64,000 nucleotides of DNA, from the IMG/VR virus record IMGVR_UViG_3300027126_000001. One strand, 5' to 3'. This DNA comes from a virus. Taxonomy: Duplodnaviria; Heunggongvirae; Uroviricota; Caudoviricetes. A model generated the notes under the pieces. It did not search any database. It saw only the letters and a list, made by a program, of their open reading frames with translations, and was not told the DNA's origin. Positions 56,901-64,000 of the stretch are shown here, piece after piece; position 1 is the first letter of the stretch; the number at the start of each line of letters is the position of its first letter. The position numbers were made by a program, and so were the translations under genes.

Positions 56901-58196
56901 TTATTCTATTTTCTTTAATTTTGGTAATTCTATTTTCTTAAGCTGTGGTAGCTTTAACTGAACCTGTTTAGGAAACTCAGGGACATATTGTGTTAGAAGG
57001 TTATCTAGCGTTTCTGTCATCTTTTCGTATGAAAAATGTGTTCTACTCTTGTGTCCTTGTCTCTTAGCAAGAGGTTTCCACTTTTCATAGTTGTCGTAGA
57101 TGTCCTTAAATGCCTGACCTACCTGCACTGGATCTGCTGAGAACCATTGACTGTCGGTTAATATCATATTAGGAACTGCCGCTGAAGGATGTACATTTGT
57201 GAGATTACCTCCTATGTATTTTACAAATTCTTTATCAAGAAAATCTACATGACCTGACCAAGCTGATGCTATAATTGGTTTGTTTACTAGACTAAACTCT
57301 AATAGAGGTCTTCCAAACCCTTCTCCTTTTGTTAGAGAAACCATTGCTTTTACTTTACCGTAGTTGTATAGTTCGTTAATCTCTGTATCAGTCATGTCAC
57401 CATGGAGTAGGTATACGTTAGGTAAATCACCTTTAACTGTTTTCCTTATTGCATCTACCCTGTCTAGCAGTTCTTCCCTATCCATAATAGATGTTCCTGA
57501 TCCTGCTTGTACTTTCAGTAGTAGTGCCGGCCTTTTTCCTTTAGGTTTATTTTTAAATGTCTCCAGGAAAGTCTTAATGGTATATCCTATATTCTTCCTA
57601 TCCTCTCCCATGATTCCAGGTAACCAATGTCCTACTGCTAAGAAGCAAAACATTTCATCTATCTCATCAAATTTTAACTTTACAGGAAATGCAAGTGGGG
57701 AGTATTTTGTAATATCAGCTCCTTCAAACAACACCTCTACTTTTGACTTTAATACAAGTTCTCCCGTTACTTGACCTGTATTACTGTCCTGCATATTAAA
57801 TTTTGAATCTTCAAATACTTTTTTTGCATGCTCAGAAGATACTAATACCAAGTCCATGTTATTACATCCCTGTATCCAGGTAGGATCACATACTGTAGTC
57901 TCAATTCCGGCTGTTACTCCTATATTATATTTACCTACTTTTTGAAATTCATTCGGTACTGTGATCTGAATCCATATATCAGGCTGTTGTGTTAGTTGTG
58001 GTATGATTCTAGAGACTAAGGATTCGTTATTATGGTCTTTTAAGTATCCGAATCTAGTTCCTCCCCATCTCTGTGATAATATTTTTACATCATACTTATC
58101 TGTATCGATAATTGATTGTACAAAGTCTCTTGCTCTTGCTCCATATCCTGAGTAAGTATCAACTGGACAGCTTACTACTAATGTAGGTTTACTCAT
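56901..58196 (-). CDS. Hypothetical protein (possible GT-B glycosyltransferase)
   Basis: 431 aa. Confidence 0.4.
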   Translation of the reverse strand: MSKPTLVVSCPVDTYSGYGARARDFVQSIIDTDKYDVKILSQRWGGTRFGYLKDHNNESLVSRIIPQLTQQPDIWIQITVPNEFQKVGKYNIGVTAGIETTVCDPTWIQGCNNMDLVLVSSEHAKKVFEDSKFNMQDSNTGQVTGELVLKSKVEVLFEGADITKYSPLAFPVKLKFDEIDEMFCFLAVGHWLPGIMGEDRKNIGYTIKTFLETFKNKPKGKRPALLLKVQAGSGTSIMDREELLDRVDAIRKTVKGDLPNVYLLHGDMTDTEINELYNYGKVKAMVSLTKGEGFGRPLLEFSLVNKPIIASAWSGHVDFLDKEFVKYIGGNLTNVHPSAAVPNMILTDSQWFSADPVQVGQAFKDIYDNYEKWKPLAKRQGHKSRTHFSYEKMTETLDNLLTQYVPEFPKQVQLKLPQLKKIELPKLKKIE

Positions 58197-58198
58197 AA

Positions 58199-59641
58199 CT
58201 AGTATATTAATTTATGTGTTATACGTTTTTTAGGTCTGTCTGTAATTTTATGTAATTCGAATCTTTCTCTTGGAACAAACTTCTCAAATGATTCATCCAT
58301 TGCATCAATTACATTCTCACACATCTGTCTTGCTGACATTCCTGATTCATCAGATATTACCCATTCTCTTGCTTTCAATCCTTTAGCATCTCTTTCTTCT
58401 TTTGACATCTCATATGCCTTTAAAATAGCTTTTGCTACATCTTCTGGTGCACATCTATCGTCAAAAATATAAGGAGTTGGAACTGAACCTACCAGTGAAA
58501 TGTTTGAAGGGAACACCGGGATGGCCCATTCACCACACTCCCTATATGTTCCTCTATGGTTAGAAGGAAAGTCTGAACTGAAGTCAATCCACTTACCATT
58601 CTCATCCGTAAATCTCATTTGATCCTGCATACCTCCAGTTACATTTGCAATGATCATTCTACCTGCCATCATAGTTTCAGTTAGAGATAGTCCCCATCCT
58701 TCGTTTGAAGTAATAAGTAATCCTACATCAGCTACGTTGTAAAGCAAATTCATTTGTGGAGTATCTAGTTTATCTTGAGAGAAGAATACATTTATATTTT
58801 CATCACATAAAGCTTCTCTTACCGCATAAAGATCTGTTCCATTTTCATCTACAGCTTGAGTATGCATTACAAGTGCACATCTCTTTGCTCTCTCTTCTCC
58901 GATTAAATCACAGAATAATTTGTATGAAAGGATTACATCTCCTGGAGATTTTCTTCTAATGTTTCTTGAATTAAACAGAACTACAAAGTCGATTTGTTTT
59001 TCTCCAAACATATTGTTCTTAAACTCTTGTAATAGTTCAAAATTTTCATGACCTTCTCTAATAGGAAAGAAGTGTTTATCATTTATTCCATGAGGAACGT
59101 ACTTGATAATTTTACCCTTAGTAGACTCTCCTAAAACTATTTCATTAATATTTTTAGTTTGTTTTGAGATTGCCATTAATAAGTCACATGATTCGTAGTA
59201 TGCTTTATTGTATAACGGTGCTGGAAGATCATCCCAAATGTTTAGATACATTAGTGGGATTTCATTTCTAATTTCTCTCTCTATCTCAAACAACCAAGTC
59301 CAATATCTTGGATCTGTGAATATAAAAATTGCATCAGGCTTTTCCTGCTGCATAAGTGAACGTATAAGCATTGCATCTCCATATCCATTGCTAGGCAATA
59401 CTCTTACCCAAGCATCTTCAATATCTGCAAACTTATTTACCTCCGAGGATATATCAAGTCCTTTTCCTGCATCAGGATGGTTAATGGCTGCTCCTACATT
59501 AAGCCAATTGAAATGGTGGGCTGTTCCTACAACAATCTCTCTTGCCATAGTTGCGATACCGGAATGCATCCTAATATCATCGCATAACAGAAGAATCTTC
59601 TTTCGATCTTCTCTCTTTACATAACGAAATTTTTCTTTCAT
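58199..59641 (-). CDS. Glycosyltransferase family 4 (GT-B, group 1)
   Basis: 480 aa. EGWGLSLTETMMAGRMIIANVTGG resembles the GT4 E-x7-E region. Confidence 0.55.
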   Translation of the reverse strand: MKEKFRYVKREDRKKILLLCDDIRMHSGIATMAREIVVGTAHHFNWLNVGAAINHPDAGKGLDISSEVNKFADIEDAWVRVLPSNGYGDAMLIRSLMQQEKPDAIFIFTDPRYWTWLFEIEREIRNEIPLMYLNIWDDLPAPLYNKAYYESCDLLMAISKQTKNINEIVLGESTKGKIIKYVPHGINDKHFFPIREGHENFELLQEFKNNMFGEKQIDFVVLFNSRNIRRKSPGDVILSYKLFCDLIGEERAKRCALVMHTQAVDENGTDLYAVREALCDENINVFFSQDKLDTPQMNLLYNVADVGLLITSNEGWGLSLTETMMAGRMIIANVTGGMQDQMRFTDENGKWIDFSSDFPSNHRGTYRECGEWAIPVFPSNISLVGSVPTPYIFDDRCAPEDVAKAILKAYEMSKEERDAKGLKAREWVISDESGMSARQMCENVIDAMDESFEKFVPRERFELHKITDRPKKRITHKLIY

Positions 59642-59645
59642 GTAA

Positions 59646-59828
59646 CTACTTTAATTTTAAATTTGTTTGGTTGTGTAACTTTTGCTTAAAGCTCTCCTCT
59701 GTAAGGTATAAGTAAATTGCTCTATCTACAAGTTTCTGTAAGGAAAATTTATACCTCACACATTCTTCTTTAAATTCTTGAAACAATTCTTGTTCTACCT
59801 TTACGCTGGTTAATTTTTTTGTGTCCAT
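59646..59828 (-). CDS. Small hypothetical protein
   Basis: 60 aa. Confidence 0.3.
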   Translation of the reverse strand: MDTKKLTSVKVEQELFQEFKEECVRYKFSLQKLVDRAIYLYLTEESFKQKLHNQTNLKLK

Positions 59829-59873
59829 TGTAAGTGTGTTTTTACTATTATTATATATAAATATATACAGTTT

Positions 59874-60809
59874 TTAAAAAGTCGATCCACAATACTCTGT
59901 TCCTCTGTATTCACAGAACATACAATTTGACTTGGAAGGTTTCTTTTCATACTCCTTGTCAATATACTGTCCTTGCTCATCAAAAGCATCGTCAATAAAT
60001 TTTGCAAGAGCTGTTGTTGCTTGCCCTCTTTTTATCTTTCCTGAAGGTGGTATAAATTCTTGAACTCTTCTTCCCATTGCTGGGTATTCTGGATTGGTAG
60101 GGACTTTTCTCTTTACAATAAAATACTTTACATCTACCTTGTCAACATCGATATTAAACTGTCTTGCAAGGAATTCCTTATACAGTAGTAATTGTGCCAG
60201 CTTTTTATCATCCTTCTTTGCATAATCATTCCACCCTGAGGTTGATGTTTTAATGTCTAAAATAATATACCTGTCATCTTGCTCATCGTATAAAACGATA
60301 TCGATATACCCTTTAAAAAATACATTATCGGCTATCTTATGTACTAAGGGAATTTCTACTCCTACCAGCTTATAGTACTTGGTACCAAAGTAATTAGCAC
60401 GTTTCTTACGGACGTAATTTAATATTTCAACACCATCATTATGAAACTCAGATAACTCCTCAGAACTAGAAAAATGTTTTCCATACTTTTCTTTCTCTTC
60501 AGTGTAAATACTGAATAGTTTTTGTTCAAGCATTGCACCAAGATCCATTTCATTGGACTTCTTTACTGTTCCGTCATAAAGTTCTGTTAACCATTCCTGC
60601 ATTACCTCATGTACTGCTGTACCAAATACTGTGTGAATAGAAGGTCTATACTCCTGTAGTCCTTTTACGTACTTCAATGCCCATTGGTGTGGACATGTAT
60701 TGTATGCCAAAGTTTGACTGTATGAAATTGATTTTTGAGTAGTATAATCTAGTTCAGGTTTACAAAAGTCTCTAATTAGGCTTACTTGTTTAAGAATCTT
60801 CTTTGCCAT
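59874..60809 (-). CDS. Cas4 / RecB-like PD-(D/E)xK nuclease with Fe-S cysteines
   Basis: 311 aa. N-terminal TCPHQWALKYV (first Cys), core GYIDIVLYDEQDDRYIILDIKTS (D...D/E-x-K), C-terminal CMFCEYRGTEYC (three Cys). Confidence 0.5.
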   Translation of the reverse strand: MAKKILKQVSLIRDFCKPELDYTTQKSISYSQTLAYNTCPHQWALKYVKGLQEYRPSIHTVFGTAVHEVMQEWLTELYDGTVKKSNEMDLGAMLEQKLFSIYTEEKEKYGKHFSSSEELSEFHNDGVEILNYVRKKRANYFGTKYYKLVGVEIPLVHKIADNVFFKGYIDIVLYDEQDDRYIILDIKTSTSGWNDYAKKDDKKLAQLLLYKEFLARQFNIDVDKVDVKYFIVKRKVPTNPEYPAMGRRVQEFIPPSGKIKRGQATTALAKFIDDAFDEQGQYIDKEYEKKPSKSNCMFCEYRGTEYCGSTF

Positions 60810-61059
60810 CTTTTAATTTTCTAAGTTCTCTTTTCAAGTACCACAATGCTTTTTCAAGCTCCTGAATTGTGTCGTCTTTCTTACCTGCTCTGGAAATATA
60901 TTTTATAGTATTTCCTAAGCAGAATCCTAAGTTCCATGCTTCTATAACTTTAATTGCTTCGTAAGGATTGTCCTTTCCTCCATAGTGTTGAGGGTGGTTA
61001 ACTAATTCCTTTTTCCTCTTTTGTTTGTCAACAGTATACTTTACCTCTCTTGGATTCAT
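60790..61059 (-). CDS. DUF3310-family phage protein
   Basis: Start at the internal MNPREVKY. HPQHYGGKDNPYEAIKVIEAWNLGFCLGNTIKYISRAGKK matches the HYxxG...LGFxxGNxxKYxxRAG signature. Confidence 0.45.
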   Translation of the reverse strand: MNPREVKYTVDKQKRKKELVNHPQHYGGKDNPYEAIKVIEAWNLGFCLGNTIKYISRAGKKDDTIQELEKALWYLKRELRKLKDGKEDS

Positions 61060-61119
61060 ATTATAACATTTATATAAGTATAATATAAGAAAAAAGGCTT
61101 GCAAAAGCAAGCCTGGTTT

Positions 61120-61521
61120 TTATTTTATTAGAAGGTATATACTGAGAAATGTTGCTATACCTGTTGTTACTTTATAAAATACACTAGCAGTTTTAGCTGA
61201 TCTTACTTCTTTATGAAGATCATCTGTTAGATGTTCATATTGTCCTATTTGTAATTCTTGTTGACGAATGATGAATTTGTTATTCTCATCCTTATCATTT
61301 AGTAATTTTATAATCGTATCTTTGTGTGCTTCCCTTTCCTGAAGTTTTGATATCTTTTCTTTAGTAAGTTCTAATTCAAATTTACATCCATCGTATCTAA
61401 TAAGATCTGCTACTATAAGTCTAGCAGTCTTAGTTGGAATTATTACTTTGGTTGTATCTGTTTGAGAAAAACTGCTCAAGCTCAGCATTAGAAAACTTAT
61501 TAGTACTACTAACTTTTTCAT
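61120..61521 (-). CDS. Secreted or membrane lysis-associated protein (o-spanin-like candidate)
   Basis: 133 aa, with an N-terminal signal peptide MKKLVVLISFLMLSLSSFSQ. Confidence 0.3.
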   Translation of the reverse strand: MKKLVVLISFLMLSLSSFSQTDTTKVIIPTKTARLIVADLIRYDGCKFELELTKEKISKLQEREAHKDTIIKLLNDKDENNKFIIRQQELQIGQYEHLTDDLHKEVRSAKTASVFYKVTTGIATFLSIYLLIK

Positions 61522-61810
61522 CTGTTTGTTTTTTTATTATGTTTATATTTTTATCAATATAGTGAATTTCTTTTGAAATTCCAAATACTCTTTGTTGGAC
61601 TGAGTCAATTTTTACTGTTATAGTCTTGTCTATAGTTTTTGCAGAATCAACTTTGGTTTCTATTAGTTCTATCTGCTTTTTATATTGTTTAATATCAGTA
61701 GAAATTCCTTTAGTATTGATAAGGTTCCATATTAATAGTCCTGCAACTAATGCTAGTACTATGTTTTGCTTGTTAATTGCTGTTATCTCTTTCACCTTTA
61801 TGTTTATCAA
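61430..61810 (-). CDS. N-terminal-TM coiled-coil protein (i-spanin-like candidate)
   Basis: 126 aa; a TM helix at residues ~17-35, then a coiled coil. Confidence 0.3.
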   Translation of the reverse strand: MINIKVKEITAINKQNIVLALVAGLLIWNLINTKGISTDIKQYKKQIELIETKVDSAKTIDKTITVKIDSVQQRVFGISKEIHYIDKNINIIKKQTDEKVSSTNKFSNAELEQFFSNRYNQSNNSN

Positions 61811-62198
61811 GTTTATCTAAAATTTGTATAAGTAACTCATTTTTTATTATACCTACCATTGAAGCATTTTTAAAAATAGAAATTAATTGGAATACTAAAA
61901 ATGGAGCTATAATAGTTTCACTTAACCACGATGTTCCAGTAAACCCTTTCTCTATAGTTAGTATAGCAGATAGCATTACCACCCAAAATCCAAAGGTTCT
62001 TAGTACTTTTAATGCTTTACAAGTTTGGAAACCTTTTGCTTTTGTACCTGCCCACACACCAAAAAAACCATCAGCAAATACTACAAATGCTACTGAGAGG
62101 TATTGTTCGATGTTATCTGCTGTAAGTTCCATAAAGTAGGAACCTATAAATGCACAAGCTGTTGTCAATGTTAATGTGATTATAAGTGATGTTTTCAT
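61773..62198 (-). CDS. Holin-like protein (3-4 TM helices)
   Basis: 141 aa, multi-TM, immediately downstream of the endolysin. Confidence 0.45.
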   Translation of the reverse strand: MKTSLIITLTLTTACAFIGSYFMELTADNIEQYLSVAFVVFADGFFGVWAGTKAKGFQTCKALKVLRTFGFWVVMLSAILTIEKGFTGTSWLSETIIAPFLVFQLISIFKNASMVGIIKNELLIQILDKLDKHKGERDNSN

Positions 62199-62209
62199 GC
62201 TATATGTAA

Positions 62210-62821
62210 CTACTTTACAAATTCGTAATACTTTTTAGTTTTTTGATTTCTATCTTCTAACCCATGAGTACCACCATTGATTCTTTTTGTAAGAGCTAAT
62301 ATGGCTGCATCGTTAATTCCTTTGTCGCATATTTCCCACAATTTATTTTTGTCAAAGAAGAACATTGCTGATTCAAAAGAATAAGTTGTTGCTACTAGAT
62401 CTGGATTGGTCATGATTTCTGGTTTGTTTAAATACTTAGCAAATGCTGCGTAGTTGTCTTTACCAGTTAATTGAAGAGCTCCTCTTCCTCTAAATTTAAA
62501 ACCATCTCCGGATTTTTCATCTCCGTTACCCATTCTTGATGCGTAAACTCTATTAGCAATTTTTTCAGGATTTCTAGCATATGATTCTTCTAAAGTACCT
62601 GGGAAGTATTTTCCAAAGATACCTTGAAGTCCTTGTGCTGAGTAGTTTAAGTTTTCAGAGAATGCTTTAAATCCTCCTGTTTCGTGTGAAGTTTGTGCAA
62701 AGAAATGTGCTGCTCTAACTGGAGTTAATTTGTAAAACTCCATTGCTTTTTTCATTGTTCCTGGACCAAAAGCACCATCGGCTGTTACTCCGATCTTAGT
62801 TTGTAAACTTTGTAAACTCAT
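62210..62821 (-). CDS. Endolysin: peptidoglycan-binding domain + GH19 (chitinase-like) lysozyme
   Basis: The N-terminus LQSLQTKIGVTADGAFGPGTMKKAMEFY is PG_binding_1-like. AAHFFAQTSHETGGF...FKFRGRGALQLTGKDNY is the GH19 core. Confidence 0.65.
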   Translation of the reverse strand: MSLQSLQTKIGVTADGAFGPGTMKKAMEFYKLTPVRAAHFFAQTSHETGGFKAFSENLNYSAQGLQGIFGKYFPGTLEESYARNPEKIANRVYASRMGNGDEKSGDGFKFRGRGALQLTGKDNYAAFAKYLNKPEIMTNPDLVATTYSFESAMFFFDKNKLWEICDKGINDAAILALTKRINGGTHGLEDRNQKTKKYYEFVK

Positions 62822-62831
62822 TATTTAATTT

Positions 62832-63995
62832 TTATTTATTAGTATTACTTTCCTGTGTGGCATATTTAATTCCCATAATTGTACCAACTATTGAAAATGC
62901 ATTTGTTAATAATACACTAAACATATTCGACCAGGTTGATCCAATTATCTGTGTTTCTTTGTTTGTTACAATAGCTGCCCAGTATAATAAGGTTGTTACA
63001 ATTCCTACTCCTATTATAACTGCTAAAGCACATTTAACAATTACTTTTATTAACTCACTCTGACCTTTTTTTATTATTACGTCTAAGTCATTTAAAGCAG
63101 CATCTTTCTCTTTCTCTATTGAATCTTTAAGTTTTTGAGAGTTTTCTAACTCAACTGTTAAATTCTTTGAAAGTTCATCTATTTTCTTTTTACTATTTAC
63201 AGCTTCAGTAACATCAGTAGCAATTTTAACTACGTTAGTGATATTCCCTTTACTATCAAACACAGGATTATATGATGCTTGTAAATAAATAGTAGATCCA
63301 TCTACTTTCCTTCTTTCAAATATTCCATCAAAGAACTTACCTTTTCTTAAATTTTCCCAAAACTTTATGTACTCGTCTGATTTCGAATACTCATAGCTAA
63401 TAAAAATACTATGATGCTTTCCAATGATCTTATCTTTTTCATTGGATCTATATCCCATAGTTTCCAAAAATATAGAATTTACATCTGTTATAAACCCATC
63501 AGTATTAAAACTAATAAGAGCGGTGCTTCTATTGATTGCATCTACTTGTTTCTTACTATCGACAATTAGTGTAATATCAGTAGCGATTTTCATTATCTTA
63601 GTAATCTTACCACTATCATCAAAAATAGGATTGTAAGTTGCTTGAAGATTTATAAGACTTTTATCTTTTCTTCTTCTTTCAAATTCTCCCTGATAGTACT
63701 TACCACTTCTTAGTATGTCCCAAAATTTTTCATATTCAGGTGATTTTGCATACTCTTCACAAACAAAAATGCTGTGGTGTCTACCTATAAGTTCGTCATG
63801 ATTACCTACACCATAACCCATCGCTTCTAAAAAAATATCATTTACCCCTAATATAATACCGCTTAGGTCAAAGTAAATAATAGCATTGCTTCTATTAATT
63901 GCTTCAAGTCTACTTAGCAACTCTTCTTTCGATAAGTTTTTCATGCTATTCTTTATTAGAGTTGTTTCCTCCTCTAAAACCTGCAAACTTCTCAA
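62832..63995 (-). CDS. Tandem PAS-domain protein with a C-terminal two-TM anchor and no output domain
   Basis: 387 aa. Two ~110-aa repeats (GIILGVNDIFLEAMGY...GRHHSIFV...KIATDIT and GFITDVNSIFLETMGY...GKHHSIFI...KIATDVT) fit PAS. The C-terminus has two hydrophobic helices. Confidence 0.5.
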   Translation of the reverse strand: MRSLQVLEEETTLIKNSMKNLSKEELLSRLEAINRSNAIIYFDLSGIILGVNDIFLEAMGYGVGNHDELIGRHHSIFVCEEYAKSPEYEKFWDILRSGKYYQGEFERRRKDKSLINLQATYNPIFDDSGKITKIMKIATDITLIVDSKKQVDAINRSTALISFNTDGFITDVNSIFLETMGYRSNEKDKIIGKHHSIFISYEYSKSDEYIKFWENLRKGKFFDGIFERRKVDGSTIYLQASYNPVFDSKGNITNVVKIATDVTEAVNSKKKIDELSKNLTVELENSQKLKDSIEKEKDAALNDLDVIIKKGQSELIKVIVKCALAVIIGVGIVTTLLYWAAIVTNKETQIIGSTWSNMFSVLLTNAFSIVGTIMGIKYATQESNTNK

Positions 63996-64000
63996 TCACA

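Noticed and set aside
59810-60007. 65-aa ORF overlapping the 3' end of the Cas4-like nuclease gene
   Set aside because: It overlaps the better-supported 59874-60809 ORF almost entirely in another frame and has no cassette of its own. It is probably spurious.
1-64000. Integration / lysogeny module (integrase, repressor, attP)
   Set aside because: No tyrosine- or serine-recombinase-like ORF and no CI-like repressor were recognisable in this window. Nothing here supports or excludes a temperate lifestyle.

Overview
The window looks like a contiguous stretch of a tailed phage of a low-GC Bacteroidetes (Flavobacteriaceae-like) host. About 33% GC, extremely dense coding, and every convincing gene but one is on the minus strand. 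From low to high coordinates: (1) a tail-fibre / baseplate / late-regulation module (1-17,830) with a baseplate-J-like protein, a gp25/W-like protein, a sigma-70-family factor and an HD hydrolase; (2) a 9-kb array of roughly 28 very small genes (20.7-29.5 kb), each preceded by its own copy of a ~70-bp promoter/leader cassette that fits the Bacteroidetes -33 TTG / -7 TAnnTTTG architecture; (3) a ~950-bp non-coding region (29.5-30.4 kb) with two arrays of ~12-bp-spaced AACGGGTA iterons flanking a polypyrimidine tract, next to a plus-strand cassette promoter that appears to drive a ~140-nt GC-rich small RNA; (4) more small genes, including SPFH/band-7, a DUF932-like protein, an HNH nuclease and an esterase; (5) a ~20-kb glycan-biosynthesis island (39.9-59.6 kb) encoding the GDP-L-fucose pathway (Gmd, Fcl), an alpha-1,2- and an alpha-1,3-fucosyltransferase (GT11, GT10), several GT2/GT4 transferases, an RfbH/DegT-like enzyme, SDR dehydratases/reductases and a split transketolase-like TPP enzyme; (6) a Cas4-like nuclease, a DUF3310 protein, a lysis cassette (peptidoglycan-binding + GH19 endolysin, holin, spanin-like proteins) and a tandem-PAS membrane protein. 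All assignments rest on motif recognition by eye; no searches were run.
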